From positions 1 through 53,417 of the forward strand of contig JAWOID010000127.1 in NCBI GenBank assembly GCA_046484865.1: 53,417 bases of DNA. The letters run 5' to 3'. Positions 28,921 through 38,651 of this stretch are shown here, one piece after another. The notes beneath the pieces were generated by a model. It was not told the origin of the DNA. It did no database searches and saw only the letters and a list, made by a program, of their open reading frames with translations. Position numbers and translations under genes: made by a program. Source of the DNA: Candidatus Krumholzibacteriia bacterium. Lineage in GTDB: Bacteria; Krumholzibacteriota; Krumholzibacteriia; LZORAL124-64-63. Every line of letters starts with the position of its first letter. Position 1 is the first letter of the stretch.

Positions 28921-29614
28921 CCCTCTCCACGCGCTGTCCAGGCGTCGGGCTCTGGTCCAGGACGAGGTTGGGCGGCCGGTCCGTGGTCCGCTCGTACGTC
29001 ACCGGCGCCAGCACGCAGCCCGCCTCGGTCACCACCCGCTGCGCCTGGAAGATCGGCACGCCGCGCAGATCCGGCATGCGCAGCAGGTGCGGCGGCGCCG
29101 GCTCGGCGACCACCAGGTCCACGACCATGCCCTTGCGCAGGTCGCGGCCGGCCATCGGATTCTGCGCCACCACCGTGGGGACCGTCACGTCCGGACGGCG
29201 CACCCGCACCACCCGGCCCACGCGGTACGCCTCTCGCTGCAGCGTGACCTCCGCCTGCCGGGGCGAGAGCCCCACGAGGCTGGGCAGGTCGCCGGCCGGC
29301 GGGCCGCTGCTCGTCACCACGCGCACCACGCGCCCCCGGCGGATCGGAGCCTGCGGCTCCGGACTCTGCTCCAGGATGAGCCCCTCGCGCAGGGTGGGAT
29401 GCGCCCGGCTCCGCTCCACGTCGACGTCCAGGCGCAGGTCGGCCACCCGCAGGCGCGCGTGGTCGAGGTCCAGCCCGCGCAGATCGGGCATCTGGATGAC
29501 CGCATTCCGGTGGATCACCCGCGGCAGGACCAAGAAGTTGAACGCCAGCGCCGCGAACACGCCGAACACGAGCAGACCCGCCAGCAGCAGCAGGAGTTGC
29601 CAGACCCTCACCAC
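28886..29614 (-). CDS. Membrane-anchored PASTA-domain protein (three PASTA repeats, no kinase)
   Basis: N-terminal TM helix; repeats MPDLRG..QSP, LPSLVG..QNP, MPDLRG..QSP. Confidence 0.88.
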   Translation of the reverse strand: MVRVWQLLLLLAGLLVFGVFAALAFNFLVLPRVIHRNAVIQMPDLRGLDLDHARLRVADLRLDVDVERSRAHPTLREGLILEQSPEPQAPIRRGRVVRVVTSSGPPAGDLPSLVGLSPRQAEVTLQREAYRVGRVVRVRRPDVTVPTVVAQNPMAGRDLRKGMVVDLVVAEPAPPHLLRMPDLRGVPIFQAQRVVTEAGCVLAPVTYERTTDRPPNLVLDQSPTPGQRVERGVRVELVASSH

Positions 29615-29703
29615 TCTCCTCCCGGAGTTCTCGCCTCGCCCCCCGGTCCTCCCGGTGGCGCGCAACGGACCTGGGTCAGTGTGCCGCCGGCGGACCGCCG
29701 CCG

Positions 29704-31104
29704 TCAACGGCGGCGCAGCCGCGCCGCGTAGAATCCATCGGCCTCGTGGCGCTGGGGCCACCACCGCCGCGTCCCGGCTGAATCGCCGGGGAAATCGGCG
29801 ACCTCGACCGCCGCGGCGTCCGGCCCCGACGGCCCGGCCGCGTCCCGCGCCGGCGGCGCTTCCGGGACGAGGTCGGGCCGTTCCCGGCGCAGCGCGGCGA
29901 TCACCTGCTCGTTCTCCTCCGGCTCGAGCGAGCAGGTGGCGTACAGCAGCAGACCGCCCGGCGCCACCAGCGCGGCCGCCGCGATCGCGAGTTCCAGCAG
30001 GCGCTCGCCCGAGGCTGTGATCACGGCCGGCGTCAGTCGCCAGCGGCCCTCCGCGTGCCGGCGCAGCACCCCGGTCCCGCTGCAGGGACCGTCCAGCAGC
30101 ACGGCGCGCCAGCGGCCCGGAGCCAGCGGCGGATGCGCCGCGTCCCCGCGCACGAGCGCCGTGGGCGCCACCGGCAACCGGAGGGCCGTGCCCGCCATCA
30201 GCCGCAGCCGCGCTCCACTGCGGTCGAGGGCCACCAGCGGTCGTGCGCCGGGCTCGCGCGCGGCCCAGTGGAAGCTCTTGCCGCCGGGAGCGGCGCAGAG
30301 ATCCGCCGCCGGCCCCCGGGTGTCCGCCAGCAGATAGGCCGCCGCCGCCTGAGCGGCCGCATCCTGCACGATCAGGTCGGGGAAACGGTCCAGCAGGTCG
30401 GCCAGTTCCCGGCGCGGTTGCCGGCCGGCGAGCACCAGAGCCCGCGGGTGCAAGGGGTGCGCCACCGTGGCGTGTCCGGCGGCGGCCAGGTCCTCCGCCC
30501 GCTGCCGGGGATCGGCGGGAGGCAGCACGTGCAGTGTCGTGACCGGCGGCCGGTCGAGCACCTCCAGGAGGCGCTCCGTCTCGCGAGGTCCCAGTCGCGC
30601 GTGCCAGCGCGCGACCAGCCAGGGCGGGAAGGAATACCAGCCGGACAGGTGCTCCACGCTCTCCGGATCGCCGGGAAAGAGGGGCCGCAACGCCGCCTCC
30701 ATGTTCCCGCCGGCCGCCTCCACGGCCCGGTGCACCGCGCGCAGCAGCCCATTGACGTAGGCGGCCGGCCGCTCGCCCACGGCGGCGCGCGTCAACTCCA
30801 CGGTCTCGCTGAGAGCGGCGTGGGCCGGAACGCCGCCCTGTGCCAGCAACTGGTGCAGGCCGAGCCGCAGGATCTGGCGCAATCGCTTCTGCTCGGGGGG
30901 GCGGCGGCGGCTGAACACCTCGATCACCCGATCGTAGCGCCCGCGCCAGACCAGGGTGCCCTTCACCAGCTCCGCCAGGAAACGCTGCCGGCGTGGATCG
31001 CCGTGCACGGAGAGGGCGCGATCGAACGCCCGGTCGAGGGAGCCGCCCGCTTCCACGCGCTCGAGCACGGCCAGCGCCTGCTCCCGCACAGGGTCCGCTC
31101 TCAT
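29704..31104 (-). CDS. rsmB: 16S rRNA m5C967 methyltransferase (RsmB/Sun)
   Basis: NusB-like N-terminus (YVNGLLR); VQD, DLCAAPGGKS, LLDGPCSGTG, YATCSLEPEEN, DGFYAARL. Confidence 0.92.
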   Translation of the reverse strand: MRADPVREQALAVLERVEAGGSLDRAFDRALSVHGDPRRQRFLAELVKGTLVWRGRYDRVIEVFSRRRPPEQKRLRQILRLGLHQLLAQGGVPAHAALSETVELTRAAVGERPAAYVNGLLRAVHRAVEAAGGNMEAALRPLFPGDPESVEHLSGWYSFPPWLVARWHARLGPRETERLLEVLDRPPVTTLHVLPPADPRQRAEDLAAAGHATVAHPLHPRALVLAGRQPRRELADLLDRFPDLIVQDAAAQAAAAYLLADTRGPAADLCAAPGGKSFHWAAREPGARPLVALDRSGARLRLMAGTALRLPVAPTALVRGDAAHPPLAPGRWRAVLLDGPCSGTGVLRRHAEGRWRLTPAVITASGERLLELAIAAAALVAPGGLLLYATCSLEPEENEQVIAALRRERPDLVPEAPPARDAAGPSGPDAAAVEVADFPGDSAGTRRWWPQRHEADGFYAARLRRR

Positions 31105-31171
31105 GGCCGGCCCCGCTCGTCGCCGGTGGTCGCCGCCCCCGGATCGCCGGCCGGACGTTGTCGCGGACACA

Positions 31172-32107
31172 TCACGAGTGGAAGACCTGTCCGGGTTCGA
31201 TGGAGAAGCCGCGCAGGAAGTCGGCCACCGGCAGGTCACGGCGGCCGGGCACCTGCAGACGGCACACCTGCAGCACGCCCTCGCCGCAGGCCACCAGCAC
31301 ACCCTCGTCGTCCACCGCCAGCACCGTCCCCGCGCCCTCCGTGGCCGTGCGGAAGCTGTGCGGCTGCGCCTGGATGATGCGGATCACCTCGTCGCCCAGG
31401 AAGGTGGCGGTGCCGGGGTACGGTTGCAGGGCGCGGATCTGGTTGTGGACCGTGATCACGTCCCGGTCCCATCGCAACGGCGAGAGGCTGCGGTTCAGCT
31501 TCGGTGCGTAGACCGCGCCGCGATCGTCCTGCGGGATCGGTCGCACGAGCCCTTGCTCGAGCTTGCGCAGGGTGTAGACCAGCAGGTCGGCGCCCACTCC
31601 GGCCAGACGCTCGATCACCTCGGTGGCGGTCTCGTCCGGTGCGATCGGAACGCCGCGCTGCGCGAGGATGGGACCGGTGTCCACACCCGCGTCCATCTCC
31701 ATGATCGTCACCCCGGTCCACGGATCGCCGTTGAGGATCGCGTACTGGACCGGCGCCACGCCGCGCCAGCGAGGCAGCAGACTGGCGTGCACGTTGATGC
31801 ATCCGTAGGGCGGCGCCGAGAGGATGGGATCGCGCAGGATGTGACCGAACGCGGCGACGATCACCGCGTCGGGACGCTGGGCGAGCACGGCCTCGGTGAC
31901 CCGCCGGCGGGCGCCGCGGTCGAACTCCATCACCGGCAACTCGAGCGCGCGCGCGGCGGACTTCACGGCCGTCTCGAGCAGCTTGCGGCCCCGGCCGGCG
32001 GCGCGGTCCGGCTGAGTGACCACCAGCCGCACGTCCTGCCGGGCCTCCACCAGCGCTTCGAGGGACGGGACGGCGAACGAGGGCGACCCCATGAAGACGA
32101 TCCTCAC
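31172..32107 (-). CDS. fmt: Methionyl-tRNA formyltransferase
   Basis: IVFMGSPSFAVPSL, VTQPDR, INVHASLLPRWRG, MDAGVDTGPI. Confidence 0.97.
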   Translation of the reverse strand: MRIVFMGSPSFAVPSLEALVEARQDVRLVVTQPDRAAGRGRKLLETAVKSAARALELPVMEFDRGARRRVTEAVLAQRPDAVIVAAFGHILRDPILSAPPYGCINVHASLLPRWRGVAPVQYAILNGDPWTGVTIMEMDAGVDTGPILAQRGVPIAPDETATEVIERLAGVGADLLVYTLRKLEQGLVRPIPQDDRGAVYAPKLNRSLSPLRWDRDVITVHNQIRALQPYPGTATFLGDEVIRIIQAQPHSFRTATEGAGTVLAVDDEGVLVACGEGVLQVCRLQVPGRRDLPVADFLRGFSIEPGQVFHS

Positions 32108-32643
32108 GCGCGGTCTCCTCTCGCTCGAGTGAGCCTGCGGAGCCGGAGGGCCAGCGGCCACCGGCGCCAGCGGGGCAGACGATCCAGGAAGAGCACCCCG
32201 TCCAGGTGATCCACCTCGTGCTGGAGCACGCGGGCGAGCAGGCCGTCGTCCTGCAGCCGGCGCGGCTGTCCGCCGCGATCGAGGTACCGCACCACCGCAC
32301 CGCGCGCACGCACCACCGGGAGGTAGAGTCCGCGGAAGCTCAGACAGCCCTCCCGGAAGCGCTCCCTGGGACCGAAGACGCGCTCGACCACCGGGTTGAA
32401 GAGCTCCAGCTCCCGCGGTCCCCGCCGGGCCGACTCCCGCGGCAACTCGACGACGACCACCCGCGTGCTCTCGCCGATCTGCGGCGCTGCGAGTCCCACC
32501 CCGTCGGCCGCCCCGAGCGCGTTCCAGAGGCGGTCGGCGACCTCGGCGGCCGCCGCATCGCCCGGCGCCACCGGAGCGCAACGCCGCCGCAGCCGCTCGT
32601 CACCATACCGCAGGATCCGGTCAGGCAGGACGTCGATGCTCAA
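32104..32643 (-). CDS. def: Peptide deformylase
   Basis: GVGLAAPQIG, EGCLS, QHEVDHLDG; TTG start overlaps the yajC stop. Confidence 0.94.
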   Translation of the reverse strand: MSIDVLPDRILRYGDERLRRRCAPVAPGDAAAAEVADRLWNALGAADGVGLAAPQIGESTRVVVVELPRESARRGPRELELFNPVVERVFGPRERFREGCLSFRGLYLPVVRARGAVVRYLDRGGQPRRLQDDGLLARVLQHEVDHLDGVLFLDRLPRWRRWPLALRLRRLTRARGDRA

Positions 32644-32969
32644 TCCTTGCCCTTCTCGACCACCCCCGTGACGGCCGCCTTCGCGATCTCCACCTTGATC
32701 CCGTCGGCGATGGTGGCCACCAGGCGGTCTTCCTTCACGTTGAGGATCGTGGCGAACAGGCCTCCCGAGGTGACCACACGATCGCCCTTCTTGAGCGATT
32801 CCAGCATGGCCCGCCGCTGCTCCTGCTGCCGCTTCTGGGGCCGGATGATCATGAACCAGAAGACCAGCATGATGAGGATGAGCGGCAGGAAACTGACGAG
32901 GGCACCCATGCCGCCTCCCCCCTCGGGCGGCGGCGACATGGCGAGGATCGTGGCCGGCGTGGGGATCAT
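32640..32969 (-). CDS. yajC: Preprotein translocase subunit YajC
   Basis: TM helix then IRPQKR, LKKGDRVVTSGG; follows tgt. Confidence 0.96.
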   Translation of the reverse strand: MIPTPATILAMSPPPEGGGGMGALVSFLPLILIMLVFWFMIIRPQKRQQEQRRAMLESLKKGDRVVTSGGLFATILNVKEDRLVATIADGIKVEIAKAAVTGVVEKGKD

Positions 32970-33110
32970 GAACGCTCCTTGGCTCGTGTGATCGACGATC
33001 TGGACCTGGGCTCACGCAGGGAACCGTAGGCACTGGAATGTCGCGACGGGTCCGCCGCAACTCGGCTTTTAAGATGCATCCGTTGCGTGGGTCGGGCAAC
33101 CGCTATGTGT

Positions 33111-34334
33111 TCACGGGGATCCACCGCCGCGGGGGCCCGCGGCCTCGGCGCGACGGCGTCGTTCTCCATCCTGCCAGCGAGCGACGACGCCGCGGGCGTG
33201 CGCATCGAAGCGCCCCGCGCGCAGGGAGTCGCGGATCCCCGCCATCAGATCCTGGTAGAAGTGGAGGTTGTGCAGCGAGGTCAGGGTGAGGCCCAGGATC
33301 TCTCCCGCGCTCAGCAGGTGACGGATGTAGGCGCGGCTGTGGCGCCGGCACACGGGGCAGCCGCACTCCGCATCGAGCGGCGCCTCGTCCCGGGCGTACA
33401 CGGCGTTCTTCACGACCAGGCGCCCGTCGCGAGTGAGGGCCGTCCCGGTGCGCCCCATGCGCGTGGGGAGCACGCAGTCGAACATGTCGACCCCGCCGGC
33501 CACGGCCGCGACGATGTCGTCGGGAAAACCCACGCCCATGAGGTAGCGGGGCCGGTCGTCCGGCAGGAGCGCGGCGGCCAGGGCGCTCGTCTCGTGCAGG
33601 GCCTCGCTGGGCTCGCCGACCGACAGTCCGCCGATGGCGTAGCCCGGCAGGTCGAAGCCGGCGACGGCCTCGGCCGAACGCCTGCGCTCGCCGGGATCGG
33701 TGCCTCCCTGCATGATCCCGAAGAGCACCCGCTCGTGGTCGCCCGGATGATGGCGCCCACCCGGGCCGAAAGCGGCCACGCACCGCGCGAGCCACTGCGT
33801 GGTGCGATCCACGGCGGCCGCCACCGCGGCGGGTGCGGCGCCGTGAGCCACGCAGTGGTCGAATGCCATCACGATGTCGGCGCCCAGGGCGAGTTGCACC
33901 TCCATGCTCAGTTCCGGCGTGAAGCGCAGCGGCCGGCCGTCCAGGTGCGAGCGGAAGGAGACGCCGTCCTCGTCGACCCGGCGCAGGTCGGCCAGCGAGA
34001 ACACCTGGAAGCCCGCGCTGTCGGTGAGCAGGGCGCCGTCCCAGCCCTGGAAGCGGTGCAGTCCGCCGAGCGCGCGGATCAGTTCGTGTCCCGGACGGAG
34101 ATGGAGGTGATACGTGTTGCCGAGGATCAGGCGCGAGCCGGTCGCGCTCACCTGCTCGAAGGTCAGGGCCTTCACCGACCCGTGGGTGCCCACGGGCATG
34201 AACACCGGCGTCTCGACCTCGGCGTGAGGGGTGACGAGACGGCCCGCACGCGCCGAGCCGCCGGGCGCGCGCGCCTCCACGCGGAAGCCGAACCGCGGCC
34301 GCTCGGTGGCCGGTCCGTCGTGGTGGTCAGGCAT
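33111..34334 (-). CDS. tgt: tRNA-guanine transglycosylase
   Basis: TPVFMPVGT, NTYHL, TDSAGFQVFSL, GIMQGG, GGLSVGE, PRYLMGVG, DMFDCVLPTR, Zn site CGCPVC..H. Confidence 0.97.
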   Translation of the reverse strand: MPDHHDGPATERPRFGFRVEARAPGGSARAGRLVTPHAEVETPVFMPVGTHGSVKALTFEQVSATGSRLILGNTYHLHLRPGHELIRALGGLHRFQGWDGALLTDSAGFQVFSLADLRRVDEDGVSFRSHLDGRPLRFTPELSMEVQLALGADIVMAFDHCVAHGAAPAAVAAAVDRTTQWLARCVAAFGPGGRHHPGDHERVLFGIMQGGTDPGERRRSAEAVAGFDLPGYAIGGLSVGEPSEALHETSALAAALLPDDRPRYLMGVGFPDDIVAAVAGGVDMFDCVLPTRMGRTGTALTRDGRLVVKNAVYARDEAPLDAECGCPVCRRHSRAYIRHLLSAGEILGLTLTSLHNLHFYQDLMAGIRDSLRAGRFDAHARGVVARWQDGERRRRAEAAGPRGGGSP

Positions 34335-35634
34335 CGTCTTCCTCCGGTCCGGGTGCCGCACCGGTCCGATGCGACGCCGGCAGCACGAGCATCGCGTCCC
34401 CGTAGCTGTAGAAGCGCAGCCGTTCGCGCACCGCATGCTCGTAGACGGCGCGCCAGCCGTCGTCGCCGCGGTCCGTCCCGCCCAGCAGCGCAGCCACCAG
34501 CATGATCAGGGAGGATCCCGGCAGATGGAAGTTCGTCAGCAGGGCGTCCGCACCGCCGATCCGGTCGCCCGGCTGGAGGAACAGGCGGGTGGTGCCCCGC
34601 ACCTCCCAGCCGCCGCCGGCGCGCCGAGCGCGCCCCGTGCAGACCGGCTCGCGCTCGCCCCCGGCGAGTTTCCGCTCGTCGCCCTCGGCCGCGGCCGGCG
34701 GCAGACCCAGACGATGCACGGTCTCGAGGACTCGCAGCGAGGTCGTCCCCACCGCCACCACCCGGCCTCCCTGCGCTCGCGTCCGCCGCACGGCGGCATC
34801 CGTGGCGGCCGGCAGGTGGAAGCTCTCCGCGTGCAGCCGCCGCCGCTCCACCTGCTCGCGCGTGGGCGGCTGGAAGGTGCCCGGACCCACGTGCAGCGTG
34901 ACGCCGGCCACGGCGACGCCGGCGGCCGTCAGCGCCCGCAACAGCTCCGGCGTGAAGTGCAGGCCGGCCGTCGGCGCAGCCACCGAACCCTCGCGCGCTG
35001 CGTAGACGGTCTGATAGCGCTCGGCATCGAGCCTGCGCCGCCGCTCGGCGACGGGATCGGCGGCAGGGCGCCGGATGTAGGGCGGCAGCGGCGTCTCGCC
35101 CCAGCGATGCGCCGCGTCGCGCAACGAACCGCCCGGCAGTCGCACGAGCACGCGTCCGTCCCGGGGCGACGACATGATCTCGAGCTCGGCGCCGCTCCCC
35201 ACCAGGAGCAGGCGCTCACCGGCGCGCAGGCGCCGCGCCGGGCGTGCCAGGGCCTGCCACGGCACATCCGTCTCGTCCCCGGCGAGACCCTCGTCCGCAG
35301 CACTCTCGCCCGCGGCGACATCGCCCGCTGCAACATCGCCTGCGGCACCCTCCGGCGCGAGCAGCAGCAACTCGACGTCGCCGCCGCTCTGGCGGCGCGT
35401 ACGCAGCCGCGCGGGCAGCACACGGCTATCGTTGACCACGAGCAGATCGCCCCTCGCCAGGAACCGGGGCAGGTCGCGGACCTGGACGATCCCGTCCACC
35501 TGCGGCGGCTGGGAAGCTCCCGCCGGACGCACGACCAGCAAACGCGCCTCGTCGCGGCGGAGCGCCGGTTCCTGCGCGATCAGGTCCTCGGGCAGGATGA
35601 AGTCGAAGGCGCCGGCGGGATCAGAGCAGTTCAC
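34327..35634 (-). CDS. queA: S-adenosylmethionine:tRNA ribosyltransferase-isomerase
   Basis: FDFILPEDLIAQEP, VNDSRVLPARL, PLPPYI, YQTVYA, AAPTAGLHF, TLHVGPGTF, VGTTS, TNFHLP, FYSYGDAM. Confidence 0.97.
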   Translation of the reverse strand: MNCSDPAGAFDFILPEDLIAQEPALRRDEARLLVVRPAGASQPPQVDGIVQVRDLPRFLARGDLLVVNDSRVLPARLRTRRQSGGDVELLLLAPEGAAGDVAAGDVAAGESAADEGLAGDETDVPWQALARPARRLRAGERLLLVGSGAELEIMSSPRDGRVLVRLPGGSLRDAAHRWGETPLPPYIRRPAADPVAERRRRLDAERYQTVYAAREGSVAAPTAGLHFTPELLRALTAAGVAVAGVTLHVGPGTFQPPTREQVERRRLHAESFHLPAATDAAVRRTRAQGGRVVAVGTTSLRVLETVHRLGLPPAAAEGDERKLAGGEREPVCTGRARRAGGGWEVRGTTRLFLQPGDRIGGADALLTNFHLPGSSLIMLVAALLGGTDRGDDGWRAVYEHAVRERLRFYSYGDAMLVLPASHRTGAAPGPEEDDA

Positions 35635-36670
35635 CCTGGTCGCTCCCCTCCGACCGGGCGGCCGTCCGTGCCGGCGGCGGCGTGACACCCAGGTGCCGGT
35701 ATGCCAGGGAGGTGACCTCGCGTCCACGGGCGGTGCGCATCAGCAGTCCCTGCTGGATGAGGAACGGTTCCACCACGTCCTCGAGGGTGTCCTGCTCCTC
35801 GCCGAGCGAGACCGACAGGTTCTGGATGCCCACGGGCCCGCCCCCGAAGTGATCCATCACCGTGGCGAGGAAGCGCCGATCGAGCGGCTCGAGCCCGAGG
35901 ATGTCCACACCTAGCAGTTGCAGCCCGTGATCGGCCACCGCGGCGTCCACACGCGTCTGGCCCTCGACCTGCGCGAAGTCGCGCACCCGTCGCAGCAGGC
36001 GGTTGGCGGTGCGCGGCGTGCCGCGGCTCCGCCGCGCGATCTCCAGAGCGCCCTCGGCGGTCAGATCCACGCCCATGATCCCGGCGCTGCGGGTGACGAT
36101 ACGCGCGAGGTCCTCGGGGGGATAGAAGTCGAGGTGGCAGACGATACCGAACCGGCTGCGCAGGGCCGGCGTGATGAGGCCCGCCCTGGTGGTGGCGCCG
36201 AGCAGCGTGAACGGTTCGAGCTGGAGGTTGAAGTGGCGCGCACCCGGCCCCTTGTCGATGACCAGCTCCACCCGCCAGTCCTCCATCGCCGGATAGAGGT
36301 GCTCCTCGACGACGCGGCTCAGGCGATGGATCTCGTCGATGAAGATGGCGCGGCGCTCCGACTCCTCGCTCAGGAGGGCGATCAACTCGGCGCTGTTCTG
36401 GAAGGCGGGGCCGCTGGTGAGCCGGATGTCGAGCCCCATCTCCTGAGCGATGATCTGGGCCAGGGTGGTCTTGCCGAGGCCCGGCGGTCCGTGCAGCAGG
36501 ACGTGGTCGAGCACCTCGCCCCGCTGCCGGGCGGCGGCGACGAAGACGCGCAGGTTGCCCTTCACCTGCTCCTGGCCGACGAAGTCCGCCAGCCGGCGGG
36601 GCCGCAGGCTGCGGTCCAGCTCGTGTTCGTCCCCGCGGAGCTGCGGATCGGTCCAGCGCGTCTCATCCAC
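35621..36670 (-). CDS. ruvB: Holliday junction branch migration helicase RuvB
   Basis: LRPRRLADFVGQ, GPPGLGKTT, FIDEIHRL, GATTRAG, RGTPR, EPFLIQ. Confidence 0.98.
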   Translation of the reverse strand: MDETRWTDPQLRGDEHELDRSLRPRRLADFVGQEQVKGNLRVFVAAARQRGEVLDHVLLHGPPGLGKTTLAQIIAQEMGLDIRLTSGPAFQNSAELIALLSEESERRAIFIDEIHRLSRVVEEHLYPAMEDWRVELVIDKGPGARHFNLQLEPFTLLGATTRAGLITPALRSRFGIVCHLDFYPPEDLARIVTRSAGIMGVDLTAEGALEIARRSRGTPRTANRLLRRVRDFAQVEGQTRVDAAVADHGLQLLGVDILGLEPLDRRFLATVMDHFGGGPVGIQNLSVSLGEEQDTLEDVVEPFLIQQGLLMRTARGREVTSLAYRHLGVTPPPARTAARSEGSDQGELL

Positions 36671-36716
36671 GCTTCGACGCTCCCGCGCACAGCCGCCGGC
36701 CGCGCGCCGCTCGAGG

Positions 36717-37325
36717 CTAGAGATGCCGCAGCGCCGTCTTCACCCAGCGCTGCAGGTCGTGCTCCACGTCGGGCTGGTCCGTCCGCGCCGCGTGCAACGC
36801 ACGCTCCGCCTGGACGGCCGGCAAGCCCATGGCGCCGAGGATGGCCAGCGCCTCGCCCAGGGCATCGCGCGAGCCGTCCGTCTCGCCCGCTCCAGCGGCC
36901 GCCACCGAGCCGCCGGCCAGCGTCTCGGGGACGCGCTGTCCCAGCTCCACGACCAGCCGGGCCGCGGTCTTCTTGCCGATGCCCGGCAGCCGCGCGAGGC
37001 TCTTCTCGTCGCCGGCGCGCAGGTGGCGTGCGATGGCGTCGGCAGACGCGCCCGAGAGCATTCCCAGCGCCACCCGCGGACCGATGCCGTTGACGCCGAT
37101 CAGGAGGCGGAACATCTCGCGCTCGTCGGTGGTGGGGAAGCCGAAGAGCGTCCAGGCGTCCTCCCTCACCGCCAGGTGCGTCCACAGGCGCACCGGGTGC
37201 CCCACCGCCGGCAGCCCCTCGACCGCCCGGACCGGGACGAGGACGTCCACCGCAAGCCCCCCGCCCAGCAGCACGGTGGCCTCCGGCGCGCGCCGCATGA
37301 GCGTCCCCTCGACCCAGGCGATCAC
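36717..37325 (-). CDS. ruvA: Holliday junction binding protein RuvA
   Basis: MIAWVEG, VREDAWTLFGF, HhH motifs VNGIGPR and PGIGKKTAARLVVEL. Confidence 0.96.
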   Translation of the reverse strand: MIAWVEGTLMRRAPEATVLLGGGLAVDVLVPVRAVEGLPAVGHPVRLWTHLAVREDAWTLFGFPTTDEREMFRLLIGVNGIGPRVALGMLSGASADAIARHLRAGDEKSLARLPGIGKKTAARLVVELGQRVPETLAGGSVAAAGAGETDGSRDALGEALAILGAMGLPAVQAERALHAARTDQPDVEHDLQRWVKTALRHL

Positions 37326-37819
37326 AGCAGGCCTCCCGCCCGCGCCCGCAGGCGGCCGCCGGTCTGGCAGACGTGCGCCACCGCCACCGCCAGCGCGTCG
37401 CTGGCGTCCAGCGGCGGCGTCTCCCGCAGGCCGAGCAGGCGGCGCACCATGTAGCGCACCTGTTCCTTGGTCGCGGCGCCGTTGCCGGTGAGCGCGCGCT
37501 TGATCACGCAGGGCGCGTACTCGGCGACCGGGATCTCCGCCAGCGCCCCCGCGAGCAAGGCGACGCCGCGGGCATGCCCCAGGATCAGCGAGCTGCGGGC
37601 GTTGCGCGAGTTGAAGACGTCCTCAACAGCCATCTCGACGGGCGCCTCCGCGGCCATGACGGCCGCGATGCCGTCGTGGATCGCCCGCAGGCGCGCGGGC
37701 AGGTCCAGACCGTCCGCCGGACGGATCACGCCCATGGCCCTCACGCGCAGCACCGGCTCGGTGACGATGACACCGAAGCCGGTGGCGTGGGATCCGGGGT
37801 CGATCCCCAGGACGATCAT
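37322..37819 (-). CDS. ruvC: Holliday junction resolvase RuvC
   Basis: LGIDPG, AVEDVF, LGHARG, TGNGAATKEQV, DASDALAVA. Confidence 0.97.
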   Translation of the reverse strand: MIVLGIDPGSHATGFGVIVTEPVLRVRAMGVIRPADGLDLPARLRAIHDGIAAVMAAEAPVEMAVEDVFNSRNARSSLILGHARGVALLAGALAEIPVAEYAPCVIKRALTGNGAATKEQVRYMVRRLLGLRETPPLDASDALAVAVAHVCQTGGRLRARAGGLL

Positions 37820-37885
37820 GGGTTCCTCTCGAGGCGGCGCACGGCGGGCGGCGGCGCCGCGCCGGTCGTACGGCGGCGGTCCGGG

Positions 37886-38635
37886 TCACTCCTCGTTGTA
37901 CCGCGCGAGCACCTCGTCGTCGATGTCGAAGTTGGCCGAGACGGAAGACACGTCGTCGCTGTCGTCCAGCGCGTCGATGAGCCGCAGCAGGGTGCCCACG
38001 CTCTCCTCGTCCACCTTCACGGTGGTGGCGGGCTCCTGGACCAGTTGCGTCGACTCGACCGGCAGGCCGGCCTGCTCCAGGGCGGCCGCCACGGTGTGCA
38101 GGTCCTCCATGGCGGTGATGACGAGGATGCTCTCGTCGCCCTCCTCCACGTCCTCGGCGCCGGCCTCGACGGCCGCCTCCATCACCGTGTCCACGTCGCA
38201 GCGGGTGCGGTCGAGCAGGATCTGACCCTTGCGCTCGAACAGGTACGAGACGCAGCCGGTGGAGCCCAGCTTGCCGCCGTACTTGGTGAAGACGTGCCGC
38301 ACCTCCGCCGCGGTGCGATTCTTGTTGTCGGTCTGCGTCTCCACGAGGATGGCCACCCCGCCGGGCCCGTAGCCCTCGTAGGTGATCTCCTCGTAGAGCG
38401 CGCCATCGAGGTCGCCGGCGCCGCGCTTGATGGCCTTCTCGACCGTGTCCTTGGGCATGTTGGCGCCCTTGGCCGTGAGCAGGGCCGCGCGCAGGCGCGG
38501 ATTGGCCTCGGCGTCGCCGCCCTCGCGCGCCGCCACCGTGATCTCGCGGATGAGACGCGTCCACAGCCGCGATCGCTTGGCGTCGGTGGCCGCCTTCTTG
38601 TGCTTGATGGTGGACCATTTGGAATGCCCGGACAT
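37886..38635 (-). CDS. yebC: YebC/PmpR family protein
   Basis: MSGHSKWSTIKHKK, YEGYGPGG, TDNKNRT, DDVSSVSANF. Confidence 0.97.
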   Translation of the reverse strand: MSGHSKWSTIKHKKAATDAKRSRLWTRLIREITVAAREGGDAEANPRLRAALLTAKGANMPKDTVEKAIKRGAGDLDGALYEEITYEGYGPGGVAILVETQTDNKNRTAAEVRHVFTKYGGKLGSTGCVSYLFERKGQILLDRTRCDVDTVMEAAVEAGAEDVEEGDESILVITAMEDLHTVAAALEQAGLPVESTQLVQEPATTVKVDEESVGTLLRLIDALDDSDDVSSVSANFDIDDEVLARYNEE

Positions 38636-38651
38636 GGCCCGCGCTCCTTGG

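Noticed and set aside
34005..34030. Tgt DSAGFQ instead of DSGGFQ
   Set aside because: A conservative change; the catalytic aspartates and Zn ligands are intact and queA is adjacent.
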